A DNA stretch of 64,000 nt, taken from assembly GCA_963674965.2 (NCBI GenBank), contig CAXXFL010000005.1, forward strand, positions 576,001-640,000. Direction: 5' to 3'. The position numbers were made by a program, and so were the translations under genes. Under the pieces are notes generated by a model, which saw only the letters and a list, made by a program, of their open reading frames with translations, had not been told where the DNA came from and searched no databases. Below are positions 40,064-50,144 of the stretch, piece by piece. Source of the stretch: a bacterium. Its GTDB lineage: Bacteria; RBG-13-61-14; DATKZS01. The number at the start of each line of letters is the position of its first letter. Position 1 is the first letter of the stretch.

Positions 40064-40768
40064 ATGTTTCCAGGACACCCTTGGGAGGGAGAGGAGTTCG
40101 GTCCTATCGAGTACGAGTGGTACTTGAGGCGGGGCTACGAGCTTGACATATTGTTCGACGTTAACATGAAGCCCTTTATCGAGTTCTGCAAGGAGGGCGA
40201 TCATCGCTCGAACCAACTCGCCATGAAGATAGCGGCCCGGCTTTCAACCGATCACTTGCCCCAGTATCTTCTGGCCCTCAACAGGAAGTTCTATCCCGCG
40301 CGCTATCCCGCGGGCTACGTCAGGCCGATTCGCCCCGGGGGGGACATGCTCGAGCATATAGCGGTCCGGGAAAAAGAGGAATACTTCGTGGAGCGGAACG
40401 TTCGCGACAACATGCAGCCGCTCGTCAAGTTTTTCGCGAATAAGGCCCCTCGCGCGGGTCTTTTCCTGAGCAGGACCATATTCGCCTCGAGGGAGACAAA
40501 GGACGGGTTCGCGCTTCTGGTAAGCAGGAACCCCCTCAAGAGCCTCAACACCAAGATCGTCTTTTGGGGGGCCAACTACAGGCACATGGTTTTAGCCATT
40601 CCTTACGGGGACACGGTAACCTGCGCCTTCGGGGCGCCCCACGCCTTTGGGAACATCAATTTTTACGAGCCCTTCCTCATGAAGTTCAAGACTTACATGG
40701 AGGACCCGGATCAAATACCGACGGATATCCTGGAGAAGGGCTATCACGCCGATCCGCCAAAGGAATAA
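40064..40768 (+). CDS. Hypothetical protein, CAT-like acyltransferase fold candidate (paralog 2)
   Basis: Shares PGHPWE.EEFG, YPARYP.GYVRP, LLVSRNPLKSLNT and AFGN.NF.EPF with paralog 1. Confidence 0.6.
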   Translation: MFPGHPWEGEEFGPIEYEWYLRRGYELDILFDVNMKPFIEFCKEGDHRSNQLAMKIAARLSTDHLPQYLLALNRKFYPARYPAGYVRPIRPGGDMLEHIAVREKEEYFVERNVRDNMQPLVKFFANKAPRAGLFLSRTIFASRETKDGFALLVSRNPLKSLNTKIVFWGANYRHMVLAIPYGDTVTCAFGAPHAFGNINFYEPFLMKFKTYMEDPDQIPTDILEKGYHADPPKE

Positions 40769-40774
40769 GAAGGG

Positions 40775-41575
40775 TCAGGAGGTTTCCTTTTCCTTGCCGG
40801 CTCCGGTGACGCGACCCAGGAGCCAGGGACCAAGATAAGCGCCGGGGAGGGAGCCGACGAGCAAAAGTCCGATCAGGGTCCAATCGAGGTCGCTCGTGCC
40901 CATGGACACGAAGGTGGCCGAGGCGGCCATGGGAACGATCTGGAACACGGAGGTCCCCACCGCCGTTTGAATGGGCGTTCCCAGTATGCCCGCCAGAAAA
41001 GGAACGGTCACGATCCCGCCGCCGATGGCTAACAGTCCCGATAGAAACCCGGCCAGGAACCCGCCTGCGATAAGGGCAACCGCGCGAGAGGCCCCGGAGT
41101 TCAGAATGCTTGCCGGCCCGCGAGAAATGGCGTTTTCGCCTTGGCCATGTCGGCGACTTTTCAGGTATCTGACAAGACGAAGGACAAGGGCCATCGATGC
41201 GCCGGCCAGGAGCAGCAGGTAAATCCCGTCAAGTACCGTTTCAAAAGGACCGCCGTCGCCGAAGCGTCGGTGAAGCTCCTGCAGCGCCCTCCTCCCGACC
41301 GCCGCGCCCGGTATCGAGCCGGCAAGATAATTGAGCGCCAGCGAGACGTCAACGTGGCCGAGCTTGTAATGCCGGATCAGGCCCGTCAGCGCCATGCCCG
41401 CCATCTGGGCCAGGGTGCTGCCGATGGCGGTGTTATAGGGAACGTCGAAACCGAAGGTCAGCGCCGGGATCATGATGATCGACCCGCCCAGCCCCGTAAA
41501 GGAGCCGAATACGCCCACCACGAATCCCAGGACCGGAAGCAGCGCGTGAAAAAGCCAGGTATCGTTACCGATCAT
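40775..41575 (-). CDS. Sulfite exporter TauE/SafE family protein
   Basis: GLGGSII.IP..AIGS and duplicated IGGG..VP..AVGTS halves. Confidence 0.88.
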   Translation of the reverse strand: MIGNDTWLFHALLPVLGFVVGVFGSFTGLGGSIIMIPALTFGFDVPYNTAIGSTLAQMAGMALTGLIRHYKLGHVDVSLALNYLAGSIPGAAVGRRALQELHRRFGDGGPFETVLDGIYLLLLAGASMALVLRLVRYLKSRRHGQGENAISRGPASILNSGASRAVALIAGGFLAGFLSGLLAIGGGIVTVPFLAGILGTPIQTAVGTSVFQIVPMAASATFVSMGTSDLDWTLIGLLLVGSLPGAYLGPWLLGRVTGAGKEKETS

Positions 41576-41620
41576 GGAGAGTGTAGCCCGCCTGGAAAAG
41601 GGTCGCGATTAGTGGATGGA

Positions 41621-41965
41621 TCAAGAGCGGCCGCCGTTGTGCCGGTAGGTTATGATCCGGACCTTTTCGAGGGTGACCAGGCCCTCCTCGATCATCTTAT
41701 CCAGGTCGGGCAAAAACTCCTCGACGCGCTCGTGCTTGTCCACGATCTCGATCACCATGGGAAGTCCCTCGGACAGGCGCAGTATCTTGGCCGTGTGAAT
41801 GCGGCTGTTGGCGCCGAACCCGAGAACGCCCCGGATAACGGTGGCCCCGGCCATGCCCCTTTTCCTGGCCTCCTCCACGATGGCCTGGTAAAGAGGGCGG
41901 CCGTCGTGCTTGTCGTTCTCGCCGATAAAAATCCGAAGCAGGGAGGCCTCGTCGGGAAGTTTCAT
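41621..41965 (-). CDS. DUF190 (PII-like) protein
   Basis: LLRIFIGE.D, GATVIRG..GFG and LSEGLPMVIEIVD. Typical crcB neighbour. Confidence 0.92.
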   Translation of the reverse strand: MKLPDEASLLRIFIGENDKHDGRPLYQAIVEEARKRGMAGATVIRGVLGFGANSRIHTAKILRLSEGLPMVIEIVDKHERVEEFLPDLDKMIEEGLVTLEKVRIITYRHNGGRS

Positions 41966-41974
41966 TTTTGACTC

Positions 41975-42352
41975 CTACACGTATTTACCGATGGAAAGGC
42001 CCGTGAAGAAAAGGGCGATGCCGATAGTGTTCTGGAGCGCCACGTTGGCCGCGGCGAAGGCGTATTGCCCGGCGCGGAGCAGCTCGCTCGTCTCGAGGGT
42101 ATAGGCGGAAAAGGTGGTGAAGGCGCCCATGAAGCCGACCATGATATAGGTGCGGGCCGGTCCCTCCAGGCTCACCCGGGTCTCGGCCAGGGCCCATACC
42201 AACCCGGCCAGGAAACAACCAGCCATGTTGGCCGCGAAGGTCCCCCACGGAAAATCCCCGCCCGTCCGGCCCTGTACAAGGCCAACGATACCGTAACGGG
42301 CCAGCGTGCCCACCGAGCCCGCCAGGGCGATAATAAGTAACTTCTGAAACAT
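41975..42352 (-). CDS. crcB: Fluoride efflux channel FluC/CrcB
   Basis: ARY, FPWGTF.AN and GFMGAFTTFS motifs. Confidence 0.95.
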   Translation of the reverse strand: MFQKLLIIALAGSVGTLARYGIVGLVQGRTGGDFPWGTFAANMAGCFLAGLVWALAETRVSLEGPARTYIMVGFMGAFTTFSAYTLETSELLRAGQYAFAAANVALQNTIGIALFFTGLSIGKYV

Positions 42353-42440
42353 GTCTACTCCTCGTCCAATATGTCCGGCCCTCGCCGCCGGCCGGCGTCC
42401 ACTGGCGCTTTATTATACTCCCCGCGACCGGGACGCGAGT

Positions 42441-44384
42441 TTACCAGCCGTATTTTTCCTCCAGGCCCTCGTAGGTCTCCTTAACCGTGAAGAATACGTT
42501 CTTGCGCTCTCGCTCGTAGGTTAACAGCCCCTTTTGATTGAAGTCCACCCGGGGGTTATGCGGCCTTTTATCGTCCCGGAAGTCGGCGAAGACCCAGGGC
42601 ATGACGCCGACCACGTAGTCCCGCGCCAGTATCCTCTCGAGCTGGGTCTCGTAGACCTTAACCTGGTATTCCTCGGTATAGTCCCGATACAGTCCCGGCT
42701 GGACCTGGAACTTCCTTTGGCCGTCCAGCCCCGGCATGCTTCCCGCCCCGAACTCGGAAACGACGACGGGCTTGTCCGGCCACCTGGCGTGGACCTTGTC
42801 CAGGAAAGACCCGATGCCGCTGGCCGACCCGAAGTACCAGCCGAAGTACTCGTTGACGAAAATGGCGTCGCCTATCCCCGCCGTCTTCTCGAGGCCTGGC
42901 GAGAGTATGGGCACGGTAAGCACGGCGAAGCTCACGGGCCGGTCGGGGTCGAAGTTCTTGGCCGTATCGTACATGCGCCTGGTCAGGTCTCTCACCGGGC
43001 CGGCAAAGGTCCAGTTCTCGTTGCCCACGGACCACATGACCGCGGACGGATGGTTTCGGTCCCGCTCGATGGTCTCGATAAGCTGAGTGGCCGCGTCCTC
43101 ATAGAGCGCGTCTCCCTTTACGGCGGCCTTGGATGGACCCGTCCGGCCGACCTGGTAAAGGGGGACTTCATGGGCGATCATCAAGCCTTTCTCGTCGCAC
43201 GCGTCGAGCCAGCGCGGGTCGGAAGGATAATGCGCCGGCCGCATGAAATTGACGCGGAGTTCCTCGAGCAGGGCCATGTCCTCCTCGATCCTGGCCGCGC
43301 CAAGGACCGGGCCGCTCTCGGGGTAATCCTCATGCCGGTTCACGCCGCGAAGGAAAATCCTCATGCCGTTGAGATAGGCCTCGGTCCCCCTGAACTCGAA
43401 CTTCCTGAAGCCGATCCGAGTAGACTGTTTCTCGCTCCCCTCGCCCGAGGAAATCGAGACCTCGAGGACGTAGCGGTTCTCCGGCGTGGCCGGAGACCAG
43501 GGCTCGACGTCCTCGACAATGTCCGCGAACTCGACCAGGGCCATGTCACCGGCGGGTACCTCGGCCTCGGTCTCGGCCAGCCGCGCCAGGTCGGCGCCGC
43601 CCAGGTCCTTGAGATCGACGACCACCTTGACGCGGCGGTCTTCATCTCTCCGGTTATACAGGACCAGGTCGCCGCTGATCTTGCCCTCATGGTCCGTGTC
43701 CACCGCCAGCTTGCACGCCGTGGTCCACGGGCCGCTCTCGAGGAAGACCTCCCTGTGGATGCCCCCGTAATACCACCAGCCAAGATCGGAACCCTTGCTC
43801 GTAAGCGCCGGGATAGAATCGAAGTCGCGCCGGTTGTCCACCCGGACGGCCAGAACGTTCTCCTCCCCGGGACGAAGGGCCTCCGACGCGTCGATGCTCC
43901 AGCGAGAAAAGCCGCCATGATGCGAGCCCACGAGCTTGCCGTTCAAATACACGTCGCCCCTGTACGAGACGCCGTCAAGCACGAGCCGCGTGAATCGTCC
44001 GGCCATGGACGCGGGCGGGGTGAACCTCGTCCGGTACCAGCCCGCTCCCTCGTAGTAGAGCAGGTCCTCTTGCTGGACGTTCCAGGAACCGGGAACGGGA
44101 TGCACGCGCCAGTCCGAGTCGTCGTACCCCGGCTCGAACCATTTGTCTCGAGTCCCCTCGTCCGCCGGGTCGGCCATGAAGGCCCAGTCGCCGCCAAGGT
44201 CCATGACCTCGTGGTCAGTCTCGTTGAAGCGAGTGAAGTAGGGCATGCCGTTGTCCCATAAAACGGGCGTTCCATCCGCGTGCCTGATATCCAGTCCCTT
44301 GATCGTTCCCTCGCTCGCGCCGGTCACGGCGAGAATGACCATGACCGTAACCGCCGCCGAAAAAGCCGCTCTGGCGCTTTTCAT
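42441..44384 (-). CDS. Secreted GH2 glycosidase, probably beta-glucuronidase
   Basis: GVNRHED, WSVGNE acid/base, SEFGA nucleophile, NQKG (NxKG GUS motif) and a signal peptide. Confidence 0.88.
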   Translation of the reverse strand: MKSARAAFSAAVTVMVILAVTGASEGTIKGLDIRHADGTPVLWDNGMPYFTRFNETDHEVMDLGGDWAFMADPADEGTRDKWFEPGYDDSDWRVHPVPGSWNVQQEDLLYYEGAGWYRTRFTPPASMAGRFTRLVLDGVSYRGDVYLNGKLVGSHHGGFSRWSIDASEALRPGEENVLAVRVDNRRDFDSIPALTSKGSDLGWWYYGGIHREVFLESGPWTTACKLAVDTDHEGKISGDLVLYNRRDEDRRVKVVVDLKDLGGADLARLAETEAEVPAGDMALVEFADIVEDVEPWSPATPENRYVLEVSISSGEGSEKQSTRIGFRKFEFRGTEAYLNGMRIFLRGVNRHEDYPESGPVLGAARIEEDMALLEELRVNFMRPAHYPSDPRWLDACDEKGLMIAHEVPLYQVGRTGPSKAAVKGDALYEDAATQLIETIERDRNHPSAVMWSVGNENWTFAGPVRDLTRRMYDTAKNFDPDRPVSFAVLTVPILSPGLEKTAGIGDAIFVNEYFGWYFGSASGIGSFLDKVHARWPDKPVVVSEFGAGSMPGLDGQRKFQVQPGLYRDYTEEYQVKVYETQLERILARDYVVGVMPWVFADFRDDKRPHNPRVDFNQKGLLTYERERKNVFFTVKETYEGLEEKYGW

Positions 44385-44418
44385 AAGGATTCACCTCCGC
44401 TCATGTTCGAATGCCTCT

Positions 44419-45780
44419 TCACCCGCCAAGTGGCCCGAATATTTTTTGCTCCTTCGCCTTCCACGCGGCCAGGGCCTGGCGGTCGTATTTTTTTGGATAC
44501 GCGGCGTAGAGCTTCTTGACCTGGGAAATGGAACGGCCCACGGTGATCACGATGGGAATCAGGTCCGGGTTGGTGACAATGCCCTTCAGCCGCCCGGGAA
44601 TGGACCCGAGCGACATGGTTATGGGCTTGGGCACGGCCCCGTTCCAGATATCCTCCGCCGCCAGCGCCCCGCCCTCCATCATCCGCCGAATCTGGTCCCG
44701 AGTGATCGAGTCGATGACCAGCTTGTTGGCGTCGTAACAAGCCAGCGTGGCCCCCCTCCCGGATTGATACTTGTAGCAGTAGTCCCAAAGGGACTCCGTC
44801 GAGACGTCGCCGTCCGCCAGGGCCCGGGCCGCGGTCCTGGCCGCCAGAGCGCCCGCGTACATGGCCGAGCCCACGCCGCTTCCATTGGCGGGGATGACCA
44901 TGCAGGCCGCCTCCCCGATCATCATGAAGCCGTCGGCCACCAGGCGGTCCCACGAACGCCGCACCCGGATGGGGCCTTTCCCGCCGTAGAGCATCTCGGC
45001 GTAATAACCCTGCTCCTCCTTGAACCGGTCGATCACGTCCGCGATCGGCGCCTCGTCATAATCGGCCTTCCGCCCCAGAAGGATGTAGGCCACCTCGCCG
45101 GAAAGACCGAGATAGGAGTACTCCGTCGAGAAGTTGCCGTACCGGCTCAGGGTGTTCCATATCTCGTCGTCGAAATGCTTGCCCTCGCCGATCGCCTGGC
45201 GGGCCTTTTCCACGTCGATCTTGTGGAAGTGGTTCTCCGCGATGACCACGTCTCGCTTCTCGTCGCGAAAGCCGATGCCCAGGTCCGGGTCCATGTGCCT
45301 TACCAGGGCCGCGTTAAAGCCGCTGGCGTCGATCACCAGCCTGGCCGTGACTTCCTCCCTCGAGCCGCCCGCCTCGAACTCGACGCCCGCCACCTTGTTT
45401 CCGTCGAAAACGGGGCCGACGGCCTTCCTGCCCCCGAGGAACTTCGCCCCCGCCGACTCGGCGTAACCCAGGAGCCGCTTGACAAAGGCGTCCAGACGCA
45501 GGGCAATGGCCGGATGCTCGCCCTCCAGGGTGAAGACCTCGCGGCGGTCGGGAGAGAAGACCCTCATGCGCTTCTGATGGTAGGGCTTCTCGTCGCCCTC
45601 CGGGTAGGGAACGCCCGTCTCGTCCAGGATGGTCCTTTCAACCTCGATCACTATCGGGTTGCTCAGGTTGTCCTTGTCCTTCTGGTCGAAAAGACCGACC
45701 CTCAGTCCGGCCTTGGCCAGGTCGCGAGCCGCTATGGTACCGCCCGGTCCGGCCCCCACTATGATTACGTCAAAGTCCAT
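44419..45780 (-). CDS. FAD-dependent oxidoreductase, geranylgeranyl reductase-like
   Basis: DVIIVGAGPGG, VIDASG and IGEAACMVIPANGSG motifs. Confidence 0.85.
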   Translation of the reverse strand: MDFDVIIVGAGPGGTIAARDLAKAGLRVGLFDQKDKDNLSNPIVIEVERTILDETGVPYPEGDEKPYHQKRMRVFSPDRREVFTLEGEHPAIALRLDAFVKRLLGYAESAGAKFLGGRKAVGPVFDGNKVAGVEFEAGGSREEVTARLVIDASGFNAALVRHMDPDLGIGFRDEKRDVVIAENHFHKIDVEKARQAIGEGKHFDDEIWNTLSRYGNFSTEYSYLGLSGEVAYILLGRKADYDEAPIADVIDRFKEEQGYYAEMLYGGKGPIRVRRSWDRLVADGFMMIGEAACMVIPANGSGVGSAMYAGALAARTAARALADGDVSTESLWDYCYKYQSGRGATLACYDANKLVIDSITRDQIRRMMEGGALAAEDIWNGAVPKPITMSLGSIPGRLKGIVTNPDLIPIVITVGRSISQVKKLYAAYPKKYDRQALAAWKAKEQKIFGPLGG

Positions 45781-46036
45781 GGCTTCTCCTCTTGCCTCCA
45801 TCCTTGGCCTTTATATGGAGGACTTGGTAAAGGGATTATTGGGTCCTCGCGACGCGCCAGGTTGATATTCACGCAAAGCCGCATTATTGCGAATCTCAAT
45901 TCTAACCTCTACTCGCGTCCCGGTAAAATCGATCGAAAAGCCTCGGGCCGATCGGCCCTTTGCCCATGTTCCCTCCTGGCTGCTTGCCCCGGTCCACGCC
46001 ATGTGGTTTGCTTTTCTTATAGGCAGGGAGGACAAA

Positions 46037-47431
46037 ATGGCGGGACCGAAAGTTACGGTGATTGGGGCCGGAAGTTATTTCTTCGGCAGGAAGATTATCC
46101 ATTGCATGGCCACCGACGCCCATCTCGCGGGTGGGACCCTGGCCCTGGTCGACGCGGACGCGCGAAAGCTCGAGACCATGGGCCGCGTGGCCTCGCGCGC
46201 TTTTAAAAAGACCAAATGCGGCGTGAAGCTTTTGGCCTCGACCAAAAGGCGCGAGATCATGGAGGGGTCGGACTTCGTCATCCTCACCTTTTCCCGCGGT
46301 AATATGAAGTACAGGGGGATCGAGGCGAGAGTTTCAAAAAAGCACGGGATCACCCTCTCGAGCGCCGACACCATCGGTCCCGCGGGGGTGTTCCGGGCCC
46401 TCCGCGAGATACCCGAGGCCCTGGCCGCGGCCAAGGACGTCCTCGATCTGGCGCCTTCCGCCTGGGTCATCAACTACGTGAATCCCACCGCCACTATAGG
46501 AATAGCCCTGGCCAGGTACGCGCCCCGGGTAAAAAGCTTCTCCATCTGCGACGGCCAGAGGGAGCCTTACTCGAGCCTCAACTGGCTGAAGTTGGCGGGG
46601 GTCCTTCCCGCCGGGGCCGCCTCGATACCGCCCGCCATCCTCCGGGACCTCGACCTCAGGATAGCGGGAGTCAACCATTGCACCTGGATACTGAAGTTCG
46701 ATTTCAAGGGACGCGACATGCTGCCCGCCTTGAGGGACAACCTGGCGGCCCTGAATCCCATCGAGGCGGCCAACCCCTCGGCCCATTCCAAGCAAAGGTT
46801 CAACAACCACTACTCGATCAGGCTTTTCGACCTTTACGGGGCCTTCCCCACCCTGACCAGCCATACCAAGGAATACGTGCCCTTTTTCCAGGGGAGGGGA
46901 TTGGCGCCGGTCGAGCCCGAGCCCATCGCCATGTTCGACGCCGAGACAAGAGCCGGGGAGATGGAGGACGACTGGAGGCTGAGCGAGAGGTACGCCTCGG
47001 GAAAGCTCTCCATGCAAAGGTTCCTCGAGACCGAGACCTCGGACCTGGCCGCGGATATCATCGCCAACATGTGGGCCGGACTCGGCCGCTCCTTCTTCGT
47101 TAACTCGCCCAACCGGGGCGCCGTGTCCAACATGGCCCCGGACGCCTTTCTCGAGCTCCGCTGCGACTTGGACATATCCGGCCCCCGGCCCCACCCGCTG
47201 GGAGTCATGCCGCCCGGTCTCCTCTCCCTCCAGCGCCGCGTCCTCGACGCCCACGAGCTAACGGCCGAGGCCGCCGTCACGGGCGACAAAAGAATCCTTA
47301 GAAGGGCCATCATGACCGACCCCCTTTGCGTCTCCATCGAGGACGGCGACGCCGTCATCGAGGAACTCCTCGAGCTGGAAAAAGGCATCCTTCCCCGGTT
47401 TTGGTATAAGAAGGGAAGGAGGCGGCAGTAA
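46037..47431 (+). CDS. Family 4 glycosyl hydrolase (NAD/Mn-dependent)
   Basis: VIGAGS, DTIGPAGVFRALR, INYVNP, ICD and AGVNH motifs. Confidence 0.9.
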   Translation: MAGPKVTVIGAGSYFFGRKIIHCMATDAHLAGGTLALVDADARKLETMGRVASRAFKKTKCGVKLLASTKRREIMEGSDFVILTFSRGNMKYRGIEARVSKKHGITLSSADTIGPAGVFRALREIPEALAAAKDVLDLAPSAWVINYVNPTATIGIALARYAPRVKSFSICDGQREPYSSLNWLKLAGVLPAGAASIPPAILRDLDLRIAGVNHCTWILKFDFKGRDMLPALRDNLAALNPIEAANPSAHSKQRFNNHYSIRLFDLYGAFPTLTSHTKEYVPFFQGRGLAPVEPEPIAMFDAETRAGEMEDDWRLSERYASGKLSMQRFLETETSDLAADIIANMWAGLGRSFFVNSPNRGAVSNMAPDAFLELRCDLDISGPRPHPLGVMPPGLLSLQRRVLDAHELTAEAAVTGDKRILRRAIMTDPLCVSIEDGDAVIEELLELEKGILPRFWYKKGRRRQ

Positions 47432-47610
47432 GAGTCCTCCGTTGATTCGAAAATCATGATCGGGTATATTGCGTCTCAAGCAAGATTGGAGACGAGAATG
47501 TGTCGGTTAATTCCTGGACGGTGAGGAATGAAAATGGCAAAGGAATTTGGTCTATTGAGGGCTGACTAGATAAAAATATTTCATAAAACAACCTTAGAGA
47601 GGTAAATGCA

Positions 47611-48570
47611 ATGAATGTATCCATAAATAGTGTTCTTTCATCTTTATTTGTTGTGATAATTGCGGTCCTTTCATTGTCGATTAGTAACGCCGCATCGGAT
47701 ATTAAGAAAGAAGATATTATTATCTGCCATGGCTTTGGCGAAATTAAATACGAAGAACAAAATCAATCTAAATGTGAATTAGCAGACAATTACGAGCGAT
47801 CACAATATAGAGGAAGAGTGATGTATTGTAGAGGCTTTTATAATCTACCCACAATTAATGGATGTGAAGTATGTAGTAGTCATTTTATCCAAGTTTTTAT
47901 TTATGATAGTAGCGATGGAGTAAAGAACGATCTTCTGTTATGGACTTATGATCGACCGGGTAATAAATCAATTTATAAATCATATGAAAATGGCGACATT
48001 ATGCAGTATAGCAAGGGCGGCAACTACCGAGATAGGTTTTGGGTTTCTAACAATTATCAAATACTACTTAATGCAAGGAACATGGAAATCAATAATCATA
48101 TCTTCAATGATTACGTTGAGAAATATCCTCCTACTGAAAGGCTTAGCGCGGAAGATTACAATGTTCAAAATATTTACAAGAAGGAAATAGAACGCGCATT
48201 CGATACGGTACTTGATCATGAAAAATTGAGGGTATCCAGTGATAAAGCGGATCAATTCCACGCGGTTTTCATCCAATGCGATCGAGAAGACGCGATAAGA
48301 TGCTGGTCGGGCTTGAGCGGAGAAGGAAAGCCTAAAGGCTGCAAGGTTACGGCAATAATAGACAACGATAAAAGGATGAATGCCTGGAAAGAGTTAAAAG
48401 AAGAAACAATGAAGAGGGATATAGCCGAGGAAAACATACTTTGGAATGCCGTGAAGGAACCCGGTTCTCAATGCAAATCAAACGAAGATATGGATAATAT
48501 TATTAAATCTCTGAATATAACCGACGAGGACCTAAAAAGATGGAGTGAAAAATATGGAATGCCAAAGTAA
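47611..48570 (+). CDS. AT-rich secreted Cys-containing hypothetical protein (paralog 1)
   Basis: GAGG RBS, signal peptide, close paralog of 48922-49866. Confidence 0.8.
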   Translation: MNVSINSVLSSLFVVIIAVLSLSISNAASDIKKEDIIICHGFGEIKYEEQNQSKCELADNYERSQYRGRVMYCRGFYNLPTINGCEVCSSHFIQVFIYDSSDGVKNDLLLWTYDRPGNKSIYKSYENGDIMQYSKGGNYRDRFWVSNNYQILLNARNMEINNHIFNDYVEKYPPTERLSAEDYNVQNIYKKEIERAFDTVLDHEKLRVSSDKADQFHAVFIQCDREDAIRCWSGLSGEGKPKGCKVTAIIDNDKRMNAWKELKEETMKRDIAEENILWNAVKEPGSQCKSNEDMDNIIKSLNITDEDLKRWSEKYGMPK

Positions 48571-48921
48571 AAAGTGATAAAATCTTACAAGTCCTGATAC
48601 TCATGGATACAGAGCCATGCATCCCCACTTTACAACTTTGGACCCGCATCAGGATGACATGGCCCTTTCCTTAGTTACACACTCATGTCCTTAATGAAAC
48701 CGTTCATGGTGGAATCGGTAAATATGAAACGAACATTATATTTTTCATGTTCTATCCGTATAATCAACAGAAAAAAGGCAAAATAGTAAGTTTTTTGGAT
48801 ACTTATTTCCCGATTCAACAGGGAACCGAAAGGAGAACCACCCAATTATTCGACGTATTTGTCAATTCGGTTGACAATTCAAACAAATTGTTCATGAAAC
48901 AACCTTAAGGAGGTAATTGCA

Positions 48922-49866
48922 ATGAATATATCCATAAATAGTGTTCTTTCATCTTTAATAGTTGTGATAATTGCGGTCTTTTCATTATCGCTTAGTAACG
49001 CCGCAACGGATCTTAAGAAGGAAGATATTATTATCTGCCACGGCTTTGGTGAAATTAAATTCGAAGAGCAATATCAATCTAAATGTGAATTTGCGGATTA
49101 TTTCATGCAATCAAAATATAGAGGAAGAGTGATGCATTGTGATGGTATCTACAATCTTGAAGGTCAAATTTTAAAAAAAAATGTCATATCAGTCTATATA
49201 TACGATAAAAAAGATGGGGTAAAGAATGATCTTTTAATATCGACTTATAGCAAACCATTTATAAAGACGTTGTTTAAATCATATAAAGATGGCGATATAA
49301 TGAAGTACTGCAATGGCCAATTAGAGAGACGATATTGGGTCTCTAATAATATACAAATATCAATTACAAGTTATTTTATGAAAATCAATGAACAACTTTT
49401 CAATGATTACGTGGATAAATATCCTCCCACCGAAAGGCTTAGCGAAGAGGATTACAACGTTCAGACAATATTCAAGAAGGAAATTGAACGCTCTTACGAG
49501 ACCATAATCGATTATGAAAAGGACCGGAAATCGAAAGATAAAAAAGTTCGCCTTCAAGCCGCCGGCATACAATGCGAACGCGAGAACGCGATTAGATGTT
49601 GGTCGGGTTTAAGCGGTGATGGAAAATCCAACGGCTGTAAAGTTACCATAATACAAAATAATGAAGAGAGGTTAACGGCTTGGGCCGAGTTAAAAGCAAC
49701 GGCCATGAAAATGGATATTATGGAAGACAATATAAGTTGGAATTCAGTGAAGGAACCCCTCTCGAAATGCAATTCATCTGACGATTTTGATAATCTTCTA
49801 AAAGCTCTTAATGTAACGCAGGAGGATTATGAACGATGGTATGAAGAAGAAAGAAATAATAAATAA
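48922..49866 (+). CDS. AT-rich secreted Cys-containing hypothetical protein (paralog 2)
   Basis: AAGGAGG RBS. Shares KKEDIIICHGFGEIK, NDYV.KYPPTERLS and AIRCWSGLSG with paralog 1. Confidence 0.8.
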   Translation: MNISINSVLSSLIVVIIAVFSLSLSNAATDLKKEDIIICHGFGEIKFEEQYQSKCEFADYFMQSKYRGRVMHCDGIYNLEGQILKKNVISVYIYDKKDGVKNDLLISTYSKPFIKTLFKSYKDGDIMKYCNGQLERRYWVSNNIQISITSYFMKINEQLFNDYVDKYPPTERLSEEDYNVQTIFKKEIERSYETIIDYEKDRKSKDKKVRLQAAGIQCERENAIRCWSGLSGDGKSNGCKVTIIQNNEERLTAWAELKATAMKMDIMEDNISWNSVKEPLSKCNSSDDFDNLLKALNVTQEDYERWYEEERNNK

Positions 49867-50144
49867 ATTAAAGCAGATAAATCTTGCAGGGCCTGACATG
49901 TATGTCATGGATTGTAGTATCCACCCCGCGGAATTGCGGCTGTCCCCCGGGGGAGAACTTGCCGGCGAAGCCGCAGGCTGAAAGCTTCTGACGGTAATCG
50001 TATTGAAAGGCCCTTTTTGAAGTGGATAAGGTTGAAAACGTGCTTGAATTAGAAAATATCAATGCTCAGCCTGCGAATACGCCGCCCATGCATTTTGGGA
50101 AAATAGATGGGCCACCCTGCGCCTTAATGGTCTGCCGACCTCCC

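Noticed and set aside
42353-42440. Fluoride riboswitch upstream of crcB
   Set aside because: The GGCGAUGG/GGAGAUGG-type consensus is absent.
47440-50140. Integron cassette array
   Set aside because: No attC-like RYYYAAC...GTTRRRY boundaries and no integrase seen.
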